Positions 46,447 through 54,994 of a stretch of DNA of 64,000 nucleotides are shown one piece after another. Location of the stretch: NCBI GenBank assembly GCA_011322445.1, contig DRMV01000021.1:1629-65628 (forward strand). Direction: 5' to 3'. Position 1 is the stretch's first letter, and the number at the start of each line of letters is the position of its first letter. The position numbers and the translations under genes are program-made. The notes under the pieces were generated by a model that was not told where the DNA came from, ran no database searches, and was given only the letters and a program-made list of their open reading frames with translations. The DNA comes from Chloroflexota bacterium (GTDB lineage Bacteria; Chloroflexota; Anaerolineae; Anaerolineales; DRMV01).

Positions 46447-47091
46447 TCAGACCGATTGGCGTAAGCGACGGGCGAGGAAAATCACGATGATGAGCAGCGC
46501 AGCCACGGCCACCAGCCCCGGCAGGCCGACCTGGTCGGCGAAGCCGGTTTGTGCCAGCGAAGTGGGCTGGACGTTTGCTGCGGCGGCCGCGTTGGTCACC
46601 GCAATGGAAGTTGCCGTGAGGGCAAAGGCCGTCGCGTTGATGGCGGCCACCGGCGTGGGTGAAGCCTGCGCAACCACCGGCGTGGGGGTGGCAGGGACGA
46701 CGGTGTTGGTGGGCTTCGGCGTGGGCGTGCTGATGGGCGTCGGGGTCGGTGTGTCCGTCCACAACGCCGCGGCTGCCGTGGCCGTCAGCCCCTGGGCGAT
46801 GGCCGTGTTTTGGGCGTTGATCTGGGCTGCCTGCGTGGCCTGGGCCTTTTTCTTGGATGGCAGCACGAAGAAGGCGTAGGCTGCCATCAACGCCATGGCC
46901 AGAACGAGAAAGCCAATCAGCCCCGCGACGGCGATGATGAAGGTCTTGTTGTCGGTAGGACCGCCAGGTTCCTCGCCAAAGGGTTCTTCGCCATCAAACG
47001 CCTTGGGCTCGTCTTCGTCGAAGCCCATGTCGTCGGTGGGCAGTTCGTCTTCGGGAAAAGGCGGAATGGTGGAATTATCGTCGAAAGCCAT
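46447..47091 (-). CDS. PT-rich surface protein with N-terminal signal-anchor and C-terminal LAQTG sorting-signal-like tail
   Basis: 214 aa. Acidic N-terminus, one TM helix, Thr/Pro/Ala-rich region. C-terminus is LAQTG, then a 23-residue hydrophobic stretch, then ARRLRQSV, which is the tripartite sortase-signal architecture. Confidence 0.6.
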   Translation of the reverse strand: MAFDDNSTIPPFPEDELPTDDMGFDEDEPKAFDGEEPFGEEPGGPTDNKTFIIAVAGLIGFLVLAMALMAAYAFFVLPSKKKAQATQAAQINAQNTAIAQGLTATAAAALWTDTPTPTPISTPTPKPTNTVVPATPTPVVAQASPTPVAAINATAFALTATSIAVTNAAAAANVQPTSLAQTGFADQVGLPGLVAVAALLIIVIFLARRLRQSV

Positions 47092-47125
47092 CGGCTACTC
47101 CTCCTGGGGCAAAACAGCGACATCA

Positions 47126-48193
47126 TTATGATTGTATCAAAACTTCCACGTTGGCAACAGGCACGGTGACGCGTTCGCCGCTTTCCAGTCGCACGTCGAC
47201 AGCAGGGGCGCGTACACCGTTGGCAAAGCGGACAACCCCATTGGGCAAGGCAACCACCGTGCCCACTGCACCCAGGTAAGGCGCTCGCACCACCCGCACT
47301 GTGGTGCCTTCCTCAAGGGGCGCGGCCGCGGGGGGTTCCGGCGGAAAATCGGCGCTTGTGAGAGGAATGGCAATCACTGGTCGCTGCCCTTCGTACGGCG
47401 AAGGGGTTTCGGCCAGCACGGCGGCCTGCCTCTCGGCGCTGGTGCTCAGCAGCCGGAAGGCCCGTGCATTCATGCCGCCGCTGCCAAAGCCATCGGTGAC
47501 CACGATGGCGAAAGGGGCTTGCAAGGCTTCGGGAATGAGCGAGGCGCGCATACTGCCGACAATCAATGCACGCGCCGGAAGTTCTTGGGCCAGTTTCAGC
47601 ACGCGAGCGTCTTCCAACACACCGCCTACCAGCACCAATCCGCGCAGTTCCACGCTCAACAGGTCGGCGGTGATGGGTTGGGCGGCTGTTTCGGTGATAG
47701 GGTGCACCAGCCCGTAGGCGATTTTCCCGTTGCCCCACGCGCCGTCGATGACTGTGCCTTTGGTGCTCAGCACAACGCCGCGCTCGGCAAACACCTGAAT
47801 CACCTTGCCCGGCAAACCGGCGGGCAGTTCCCACGGCTGGCGGTATTCCCGCAACAACACCTGCCCTTCCCCGGCGACCACCACTTCGCCGTCCACGGGC
47901 GAGTGAACCACCTGCCGGACGACGCCTTTTTTTTCGGCAAGCACATCGCCCTGATGCACGACCTCGCCTGCCCGGCAGGTGATGTATTCGTCGGCGCGAG
48001 CACGCGGCACCTTGAGCGCCTGCGCTACGTTGACCAGCCGATAGTGGGGCTCTAAATGGGCTTCGGCCACGGTCGCGGTGGCGCTTACAGCCTGCCCCTG
48101 ATTGACCACGACGCGGCCAGGCACGGGCAACATTCGTGGCTGCTTGATGGTTGCCAGGGGCATCACCCGCACGACCGGTCTTTCGATGCTCAT
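47126..48193 (-). CDS. hypothetical protein (lipoyl/hybrid-barrel-like N-domain, Rossmann-like middle, KOW/SH3-like C-domain)
   Basis: 355 aa. The domain guesses come from local patterns only: GEVVHQGDVLAEK...SPVDGEVV, LVLVGGV...ALIVGSM, and GTTVRVVRAPYLGAVGTVVAL...VTVPVANVEVL. Confidence 0.5.
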   Translation of the reverse strand: MSIERPVVRVMPLATIKQPRMLPVPGRVVVNQGQAVSATATVAEAHLEPHYRLVNVAQALKVPRARADEYITCRAGEVVHQGDVLAEKKGVVRQVVHSPVDGEVVVAGEGQVLLREYRQPWELPAGLPGKVIQVFAERGVVLSTKGTVIDGAWGNGKIAYGLVHPITETAAQPITADLLSVELRGLVLVGGVLEDARVLKLAQELPARALIVGSMRASLIPEALQAPFAIVVTDGFGSGGMNARAFRLLSTSAERQAAVLAETPSPYEGQRPVIAIPLTSADFPPEPPAAAPLEEGTTVRVVRAPYLGAVGTVVALPNGVVRFANGVRAPAVDVRLESGERVTVPVANVEVLIQS

Positions 48194-48230
48194 GCTGCTC
48201 CTCTCACTTCAAGGTTTGCAAGAAATGTGC

Positions 48231-49991
48231 CTACCCGCCCAGGGCGTCCAGCCACTGGCGGTGCAGGGCACGGCGTTTTTCAGCGTCTTTGGGCAGGAAG
48301 ATCGGGCGGCCGCGACCGTCGAGCACCAGCCCCAGCGCGCTGCCGTTGACGACCGCCGATCCGCGCCGGCCCGGCCCGAAGCCGGCGTCGCTGCCGCGCA
48401 GCGGTTGAATTTCTACCCTGGCCGTTTGCCCGGGCCGCAGGCGCACCACGCGCAACTGGCCAGTTTTGAGTTCCACTTTGCCTTTTTCGCCGGTATCGGT
48501 TTCGATGCGCAGCCGTAGGATCGGCGCACCCATTTTGGTGACCCGATGCGCGACGGTGATGACCGTCGCCAGCGGCACAAAATGGTGTGATTCCAGCACT
48601 TGCACGCTGAGCACCGGGTTGAGGTCAGCGGCTGCACCTAAGGCTGGCAGCAAGTGGTTGTCGTCCAGCACGAAGGTGGTGATGCCGCTGGGCTGAATGC
48701 CGTCGAGCAGGGTCAACAGCGCCTGGGCGTGGGTGGCGCCGCGAGTGAGCACGCTGCCGGAAGCCAGAATGGGTTCGAAATAAGGCAACAGCGCGCCGAA
48801 CTTCTGGCGTTGCTGCACCGGGAAACTACGCCAGGCTCGCTGCACTGCCGTCCGCAGCACCAGCCGCGTCAGGGCCTGTTCTACGGCCAAATCTTCTTCG
48901 GTCAGGGGAATGCTTTCCGGGTGCAGCGATTTGTTGTAGAGGTAATCGACCAGGTCGTCGGTGGGCACGTCGATGGGCAGCCAGCGCAGGATGCGCTCGG
49001 CGGGCACGTGGCGCAACAGGTCGGGCAGGCTGCTGCCCAATCCTAACCCCGCAAAGGTTTTGAGCACCCCTTCGCCGCCCCACGCCGCGGCTACCGTGAC
49101 TGCTTCGGCGCCGACATCCACCCCCAGCACGCCTTTGGAGGGGTCGTACACGCGGCTGAGGAAGCGCACCATGCGCCCAAAAGCGTACCCTGTGGGGTAA
49201 AAGGTGCTTCGCCCCTGCAGAGGGGCCAGCCAGTCTTGCAGGCCGGGGATCTGGCGTTCCCGCACGTGGCGGTAGATTTCCAGCAGGGCTTCCTGTGCTG
49301 GGCCAGGTTGCTCTTGCGCGAGGGCAGGCCGGACGTTGGCCGCGGTGTAAAGGGGCGTGATGCCTTCCAGCATTTCTTTGATGCCTTCCTGCAAGCGGCT
49401 GTTGCCGGCAAAGAGCACCTCAGGGCGTTGTCCCTGGGGGATGAGGTATGCTGCCAGCCCTACCGCCTCGGCGGTTTGCAGCACCGCCTGCGAAGCGCCG
49501 TTTTCTATCCCCCCCGCCAGGATGACGACATCGGGCCGCGCTTGCACCACCGCGTTGATGCGGCCTTCCATGCCCAGGTGATCGTTGAGGTGCAATTGAG
49601 CCGCAATGCGCCCGTAGATGGTTTCGGCCAGACGGCGGGCGCTGCGCACAGAAACCTGGGGCAACACCCCTGCCACCACGATGCTGAGCGGTTTGCCTGC
49701 CGAGAGCGTCACAACCACCTGGTCCACACCAGCCCCTTCTTCGGCGGGGATGATGATTTGCCCGTCTTTGCTGAGCAGTTTGCGGCCGGTGACTTCGGCC
49801 ACCTGGTTGAGGGCCTGGTGGATGCCAGCGCGAACGTCGCGTCGCGGCGCGCCTGCGGTGGTCGGCGCGACGCCCATCGCCACCAGGCGGTAGCGGTCTT
49901 CCACCGCGTCGAAGAGCATCGCGCGGGTATGGGTGCTGCCTACATCGAGGGCCAACAGGCTGTCGGCGTCCACTAACGAAGTTGCCATCAT
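48231..49991 (-). CDS. GlmL/MutL-like ASKHA (actin/Hsp70-fold) ATPase with C-terminal beta-rich extension
   Basis: 586 aa. Phosphate-1 motif LLALDVGSTHTRAMLFD, DVVILAGGIENGASQAVL (compare ILLAGGTDGG of glutamate mutase L), second-lobe LGVDVGAEAVTV, and an extra C-terminal domain of about 110 aa. Confidence 0.65.
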   Translation of the reverse strand: MMATSLVDADSLLALDVGSTHTRAMLFDAVEDRYRLVAMGVAPTTAGAPRRDVRAGIHQALNQVAEVTGRKLLSKDGQIIIPAEEGAGVDQVVVTLSAGKPLSIVVAGVLPQVSVRSARRLAETIYGRIAAQLHLNDHLGMEGRINAVVQARPDVVILAGGIENGASQAVLQTAEAVGLAAYLIPQGQRPEVLFAGNSRLQEGIKEMLEGITPLYTAANVRPALAQEQPGPAQEALLEIYRHVRERQIPGLQDWLAPLQGRSTFYPTGYAFGRMVRFLSRVYDPSKGVLGVDVGAEAVTVAAAWGGEGVLKTFAGLGLGSSLPDLLRHVPAERILRWLPIDVPTDDLVDYLYNKSLHPESIPLTEEDLAVEQALTRLVLRTAVQRAWRSFPVQQRQKFGALLPYFEPILASGSVLTRGATHAQALLTLLDGIQPSGITTFVLDDNHLLPALGAAADLNPVLSVQVLESHHFVPLATVITVAHRVTKMGAPILRLRIETDTGEKGKVELKTGQLRVVRLRPGQTARVEIQPLRGSDAGFGPGRRGSAVVNGSALGLVLDGRGRPIFLPKDAEKRRALHRQWLDALGG

Positions 49992-49998
49992 ACCTCAA

Positions 49999-50676
49999 TC
50001 AATGGGGAAGCCAGCGGAGGATGAACTGCCACACGGTGCTGGCGCTGGAAGCCAGGGCAGTGGCGGCTGCCAGGTATACCCCCGCGAACAGCGCCCCAAA
50101 AGTGATTGCGATGAACCATTCGCCCACAACCCCTAAGGCGGAAATCCACTTGCGCCGTTGCGGTGGGCGGTTTTTGCGCGGATGGGCCCCGAAATGGAAA
50201 TAGGCCAGGGTCGTCACGGTGCCCACGAGCATAAACGTGCCGGTGGTGAGGAATTCGGCCCACCCGATACCGCGCGCCGTCATCAGGCGGAAGTTGAAGG
50301 CGTCCATGGTGGTGAGGGTTTGGGGCAGGATGGTGCCCTGCACCGCACCGCCAACGGCCACCGCAGCCCCCACCCCCACCAGGTAAGCCACGGCCACATT
50401 GCCCCACCGGCTGATTTTGCCTTCGAAGGCTTTGGTCAGCAGCAAGAGCACCAGAAAGAGCGGCACGAGCAGCAGCAGTTGCCGGTCGAAGATCAACGGC
50501 TGGAACAGCATCGGCCACAGCACGCTGCGAAAGGCCACGGCGCCAGCATAGCCGGCCGTGACGCCGATGAAAACGTACATCACCAGCCGAAACAGCGCCC
50601 AGTCGTGGAAAAAGACGTAACTAAGCACCGTGATGGTGATGAGAAAACCTACCAGAGCGCCAAGCAGGGACGCCAT
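49999..50676 (-). CDS. polytopic membrane protein (about 6 TM), uncharacterised
   Basis: 225 aa. Hydrophobic helices throughout. Architecture resembles the 53087..53710 product. Confidence 0.6.
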   Translation of the reverse strand: MASLLGALVGFLITITVLSYVFFHDWALFRLVMYVFIGVTAGYAGAVAFRSVLWPMLFQPLIFDRQLLLLVPLFLVLLLLTKAFEGKISRWGNVAVAYLVGVGAAVAVGGAVQGTILPQTLTTMDAFNFRLMTARGIGWAEFLTTGTFMLVGTVTTLAYFHFGAHPRKNRPPQRRKWISALGVVGEWFIAITFGALFAGVYLAAATALASSASTVWQFILRWLPH

Positions 50677-50679
50677 GCG

Positions 50680-53094
50680 TTATGCCTCTTCTTCCTCGGA
50701 ATCTGCCTCTGCCATCTCGGCTTCGGCCGCGAGCGCGCGTCGGGCGCGGGCTTCCTTCCAGCCCAGCGCAAGGTTGTAAAGCCCGGCTGCTGCCACCATC
50801 AGAGCGGCGAACAGCACCACGTAACTGTAACTGCTCCACTGGCCGCGCAGCGGTGCCTCGGGCTGCTGCCCTCGGGCGGCGCTGTAAGCCAGGCTGCCTG
50901 CCATGCCGGTAACCACCCCTGCTACCTGATGAGAGGCGGTTTCGTAATAAGGCTCGATCATCGGTTCGGCCTGCGCACTGATGAGCGCGATGAGCGGTGT
51001 GTGAGCGCCTAAGGTAGGGCGCACTTGCTCAATCCAGGCGCGTGCCGTGTCGGCGTCTTCGGTGATGACGACGACCATCGCGAAGTTGTCCATCTGGTGG
51101 ACGGTGTTCAGGAAGGGCGTTTCCCACAGCCGGGTGTGCCCGGCGGCGTGGGTGAAGACCAGACGGGGGTTTTGGGCAAAGGCGAACAGCCCCGCCGTGC
51201 CGCCCGGCAGGTAGCCCAGGTTGAGGTATTGCTGGCCTTCCTGGGCGTTTAGCCCCTGCCGGAAGAGGCGCGTGGCCAGCGCCGGCCCGGTGGGCTGGGT
51301 GGAAACCACGGTCAGCCGGGCGCCTTTGGCTAAGAGGTCGCGCAGCAGGGGTGCGGCGGTGGTTTCCATTTCGGCGGCGAAAGCGGGGGAGTAGTCTACC
51401 CCCACGAGCACTGGCGCGCCTTGGGGCACGGTGTCAACCGCTTGCAGGGCCGCGCGCGCCGCGGGAAGGATGCGGTCGGGGGGCGGGGCCTGCAAGGGGG
51501 GCAAAACCAAGGGCAGGAAGGCCATTACCAGCAGCACCACCCCAATGAACCACCGCAGGGCACGCTGCCGACTGAGCGTGGGGGGCTTCTTGGGCTCGCG
51601 GGGGGCAAATTCTTCTGCCAGCAGCGCCTGCAGGGTTTTCGCCTGCGCTTCCTGTTGGTCGGTGAGGAACAGTTTGCCGCCGATGGTGGCTACCCGGCCG
51701 GGTTTGACCAGCGTCGGTTCCGGCGGGGTGATCACCCCTCGCAGCCCTGCCAGCGGCCCCTCGGTTTCGATCGCTTCGTCTTCCCCTGCGCCGCCGACCG
51801 AGGTGGCCGCAATGGGGCGCATGGCCTCTAACCAGGAAGGCAGTTCGCCTGCCGTCAGCGCGCCCGACGGCTCGCCTTCTTCGGCCGTGGCCGGTTTCTC
51901 CTGGGCTTCGCCGGTGGGTTCTTCGTCGGGGGAAAGCAGCGCCAGCCAGTCGGGCGTTTCTTGCAGCAGGTCTTCTGGCAGTTCGGCGTCGGCCACGAAG
52001 GGTTGTGGCGTTGGCTGGACTGGAGCAGGTTCGGCTTCGGCCTCGGGCTGGGGTTCGCCCGCGAGCCAATCTGGCAGGCCTGTGGCTTCCTCGGCGGCGG
52101 GGGTTTCTTCGGCCGGGGTTGCCTCGCCCGCGAGCCAGTCGGGGAGTTCGGCCTCGTCGGCGGGGAGGGGCGAGGCGGGTTCGGCTTCGGCCTCGGGCTG
52201 GGGTTCGCCCGCGAGCCAATCTGGCAGGCCTGTGGCTTCTTCGGCGGCGGGTGCCTCTTCGGCGGGGGCTTCCTCGCCCGCGAGCCAGTCGGGGAGTTCG
52301 GCCTCGTCGGCGGGGAGGGGCGAGGCAGGTTCGGCTTCGGCCTCGGGCTGGGGTTCGCCCGCGAGCCAATCGGGCAGGCCTGTGGCTTCCTCGGCGGCGG
52401 GGGGGGCCTCGGCCGGGGTTGCCTCGCCCGCGAGCCAGTCGGGGAGTTCGGCCTCGTCGGCGGCGAGGGGCGGGGCGGGTTCGGCTTCGGCCTCGGGCTG
52501 GGGTTCGCCCGCGAGCCAATCGGGCAGGCTTGCAGCTTCCTCGGCGGCGGGGGTTTCCTCGGCCGGGGTTGCCTCGCCCGCGAGCCAGTCGGGGAGTTCG
52601 GCCTCGTCGGCGGGGAGGGGCGAGGCGGGTTCGGCTTCCGCCTCGGGCTGGGGCGCGGGCGGCGGCGTTTCGGCAGGCGGTGCTTCGGCTTCCGGCGCGG
52701 CCGGGGCGCTTTCCGCGGCCTCGTTGGCTTCGCCCCCTAACGATTTCAACCAGTCGGGCAGGTCTTCCTCTTCTTCGTCGGGTGCCCACAGCAGGCCGTC
52801 TTCGGCGGGTTCCTCTTCTTCAGGGGGCAGAGGTTTTTCCGCGGGTTCGGCCCCTGCCGTCAGGTCCAGCGGCAGCTCGCCGGTTTCGGGCAGGGCGTCG
52901 GGGGTGGCGTTTTCCCGCAGGTTTTGCATCCACGGTGGCAGGGTACCTTCCAGTTCAGCCGTGGATTTGGGTTGAGGGGCTTCCCCCGGCCGAAGGGGTT
53001 TGAGACGCGCGTGGCAATAGCGGCAGATTTCGGCGTCTGCCGGGTTGGGCTTACCACACATTGGGCAACGGATCTGGTCGCTCATGTCATTCAC
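50680..53094 (-). CDS. zinc-ribbon / acidic PDWL-repeat / membrane-anchored domain protein, uncharacterised
   Basis: 804 aa. N-terminal zinc ribbon CPMCG...CRYCH, about 250 aa of acidic 50-aa repeats (LPDWLAGEPQPEAEAEPASPLPADEAELPDWLAGEATPAEETPAAEEATG), one TM helix, an alpha/beta-looking domain of about 250 aa, a second TM helix, and an acidic tail. Confidence 0.65.
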   Translation of the reverse strand: MNDMSDQIRCPMCGKPNPADAEICRYCHARLKPLRPGEAPQPKSTAELEGTLPPWMQNLRENATPDALPETGELPLDLTAGAEPAEKPLPPEEEEPAEDGLLWAPDEEEEDLPDWLKSLGGEANEAAESAPAAPEAEAPPAETPPPAPQPEAEAEPASPLPADEAELPDWLAGEATPAEETPAAEEAASLPDWLAGEPQPEAEAEPAPPLAADEAELPDWLAGEATPAEAPPAAEEATGLPDWLAGEPQPEAEAEPASPLPADEAELPDWLAGEEAPAEEAPAAEEATGLPDWLAGEPQPEAEAEPASPLPADEAELPDWLAGEATPAEETPAAEEATGLPDWLAGEPQPEAEAEPAPVQPTPQPFVADAELPEDLLQETPDWLALLSPDEEPTGEAQEKPATAEEGEPSGALTAGELPSWLEAMRPIAATSVGGAGEDEAIETEGPLAGLRGVITPPEPTLVKPGRVATIGGKLFLTDQQEAQAKTLQALLAEEFAPREPKKPPTLSRQRALRWFIGVVLLVMAFLPLVLPPLQAPPPDRILPAARAALQAVDTVPQGAPVLVGVDYSPAFAAEMETTAAPLLRDLLAKGARLTVVSTQPTGPALATRLFRQGLNAQEGQQYLNLGYLPGGTAGLFAFAQNPRLVFTHAAGHTRLWETPFLNTVHQMDNFAMVVVITEDADTARAWIEQVRPTLGAHTPLIALISAQAEPMIEPYYETASHQVAGVVTGMAGSLAYSAARGQQPEAPLRGQWSSYSYVVLFAALMVAAAGLYNLALGWKEARARRALAAEAEMAEADSEEEEA
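52028..52660 (-). repeat. 150-bp in-frame tandem repeat, about 4.2 copies
   Basis: GGTTCGGCTTCGGCCTCGGGCTGGGGTTCGCCCGCGAGCCAATC recurs at 52028, 52178, 52328, 52478 and (partially) 52628. The copies are near-identical. Confidence 0.92.
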
Positions 53095-53710
53095 CGTAAG
53101 GGCGATCGCTGCCCAGGAGGATGCGCAGGCCGGTAGCCACGGTGCCGAGGGCGACGCCTAATAAAATGCCGCGCGCCCCGGCTGCGGCGGGCACCTGGGC
53201 CAGCCAGGGCCGCAGGGTATCACCGATGAAGGGGAGCATGCCCACGCCTGGCAGGGCCACCGCACCCAGCATGATGAGCACCGCCGTGCCCAGGAAGAGC
53301 ACGGCCATCAAGCCAGGGCGACGCCGCGGCAGGCGTACCGCCGCGTAAGCCAGGGTAAAGGCCAGCAGCCCCAGCAGCGCCACGCTGGTGGGGACGATGA
53401 TGGCGTTGAAGAGCCATTGGATGGGCGTACTGGCTGGGGAGGCGTAAAGCGCCAGCGCAAAGGTCAGCCACAGGGAAATCATGACCACGACGCTGCCAAG
53501 CGGTTTCCGGCGGTTGCGGATGTTCGCCCAGTGATATTGGCTCAGGTTGACCATCCCGACGAAGAGCGCCGTGCCCGCGAGGATGAGCGCCCATTGGAGC
53601 AAAAGGGTGCGCAGGCCGGTGAAGACTGGCAGGGGGAAGAAGTAGCCAAAGAGCACAATCAGCCCCACGGCCATGGCTACGGCGGTCGCGACGGGTGATT
53701 TCATCTTCAT
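53087..53710 (-). CDS. polytopic membrane protein (about 6 TM), uncharacterised
   Basis: 207 aa. 8-nt overlap with the downstream gene and an ATGA overlap with the upstream gene. Confidence 0.6.
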   Translation of the reverse strand: MKMKSPVATAVAMAVGLIVLFGYFFPLPVFTGLRTLLLQWALILAGTALFVGMVNLSQYHWANIRNRRKPLGSVVVMISLWLTFALALYASPASTPIQWLFNAIIVPTSVALLGLLAFTLAYAAVRLPRRRPGLMAVLFLGTAVLIMLGAVALPGVGMLPFIGDTLRPWLAQVPAAAGARGILLGVALGTVATGLRILLGSDRPYGE

Positions 53711-54474
53711 GGCAACACCCCCAACATTTTGACGATAGTGCCGCCGATGATAGCAAGGATGATCAGCCAGCGGAAGATATCTTGCGTGAGCAGGCTGGTG
53801 CCGTGGAGGGGGCCGGCATTCAGGTAAGCGCCGCTGGCAAAGACTTCTTCACCGATGAGCGGTTCGTCGGCTGCGGCGTAGAGCACGGCTTGTGCGGCCA
53901 CGCTATCGGTGCCCGCGACGGTGAGGGTGTCTTCGTCGGTCAGGCCGTCGGCCATGAGGGCGACTTCAGCGCCAAAGCTGCCGCTGAGAAAGTTGGCGGC
54001 GGCTGCGTCGTCGCGTGCCGCGAGCATAGCCCCCGCGGCGTAGGCAAAGGGCGTCAGCCCGGTTACGCGGCCGTAAGCGGGGCGATAGCGGCTGCCCTGC
54101 TCTCCGGCGGCGTAGGCGCTGTGGAGGGTGCTGCGCGCCAGAATGCCCAGCGGCCCCGTGCCAGCGGTGATGATGGCCGGGCGGTCGCTGACGGCGGTGG
54201 CTTCCACCAGGCGGTGGGCGGCGCTAAGGCCTACGAAAGCGCTGGCTGTGCGGGGGTGGGTGATTTCGCCGCGCCCTAACGAAATGTGGAAGCGGGTGCC
54301 TGCCTCAACGGTGAGGCTGAGCGCATGGCGCAGGCGGCTGAGGGCTTGAAGCGGTCGCAGGTCGCGCCCCGGCCGCGGCCGTTTGATGACAGGCAAAACG
54401 ACCATCAACAGGCCAAACAGCACCACAAAGGCCAGGCCAACGATGCTGAGAATGCCGCTGCTCAACGAAATCAT
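53707..54474 (-). CDS. bitopic membrane protein with central soluble domain, uncharacterised
   Basis: 255 aa. N- and C-terminal TM helices flank an Ala/Gly-rich domain of about 190 aa. ATGA overlaps on both sides. Confidence 0.55.
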   Translation of the reverse strand: MISLSSGILSIVGLAFVVLFGLLMVVLPVIKRPRPGRDLRPLQALSRLRHALSLTVEAGTRFHISLGRGEITHPRTASAFVGLSAAHRLVEATAVSDRPAIITAGTGPLGILARSTLHSAYAAGEQGSRYRPAYGRVTGLTPFAYAAGAMLAARDDAAAANFLSGSFGAEVALMADGLTDEDTLTVAGTDSVAAQAVLYAAADEPLIGEEVFASGAYLNAGPLHGTSLLTQDIFRWLIILAIIGGTIVKMLGVLP

Positions 54475-54737
54475 GGGGCTGCTGCTCCTGGGGGGTGGTG
54501 CAGGGCTTGCAGGAAGGCGGAGCGGGTTTCCTCATCGGTTACCAGGGCATCAAGGGCTTGTAAAGCCTCTGGCGAGGCCCACGGGCTGAGGAAGAATTTC
54601 CCTCCTACGAAAAGCGCCTCGCCGAGGGGCTGCAAGGGGGCTGCGGCTTCGAGAAGCGCTGCCACGCCGGTGGCCCAGCCGCGCGCCCGCAGGTGTGCGG
54701 CCCAACGCGTGAGGGTTGAGGAAGGTGTGGGGTTCAT
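54471..54737 (-). CDS. small hypothetical protein (88 aa), first gene of the operon
   Basis: Track ORF 54471..55100 trimmed to ATG 54737 (MNPTPSSTLTRWAAHL), because the upstream part runs through promoter-like non-coding DNA. The start choice is uncertain. Confidence 0.4.
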   Translation of the reverse strand: MNPTPSSTLTRWAAHLRARGWATGVAALLEAAAPLQPLGEALFVGGKFFLSPWASPEALQALDALVTDEETRSAFLQALHHPPGAAAP

Positions 54738-54812
54738 CGCGCCACCAATACCCAACCCGCGCCATTCCCTTGTGCCGGAACGGCGCCGGTGGTGCAGGTC
54801 AGGATTGCTTAG

Positions 54813-54821
54813 AGTATAGCA
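54813..54821 (-). promoter_or_regulatory. extended -10 promoter (TGCTATACT) for the eight-gene operon
   Basis: Minus-strand TGCTATACT in the 257-nt gap, about 75 nt upstream of ATG 54737. Confidence 0.45.
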
Positions 54822-54994
54822 TATTTTGCCGTAAGCGGTACCTTTTGAACGGATATGCGAAAGGCAGGGGTATAGTCCAATGGTCAGGTTGGAGCCTCTG
54901 CCGGCCACCAGGACGGTGTAAAGTACAGCCCCGGCGGGCAACAGGGGCCTGCCGGGGCGGGGGAAGTTCAAGGACGCCATGCCAGGGGCGCGCT

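Noticed and set aside
52028-52660. Regularly spaced repeats considered as a possible CRISPR array
   Set aside because: The units are contiguous 150-bp tandem copies without unique spacers. They are in-frame inside a coding sequence, and no cas genes are present.
51431-53003. Alternative-frame ORFs over the 150-bp repeats (51431..52975+, 51434..52789-, 51961..52740+, 52005..53003+)
   Set aside because: They are Ser/Gly- or Arg/Pro-rich translations of the same repeat. Only the 50680..53094 frame has a zinc ribbon, TM helices, a globular domain and translational coupling to its neighbours.
54864-54935. 72-nt segment with tRNA-like D-loop sequence (TAGTCCAATGGTCAGG) and nearly complementary ends
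   Set aside because: No consistent D-stem, anticodon arm or T-arm (no GTTC-type loop) can be drawn. It folds better as one long imperfect hairpin in the 3' region of the coiled-coil gene.
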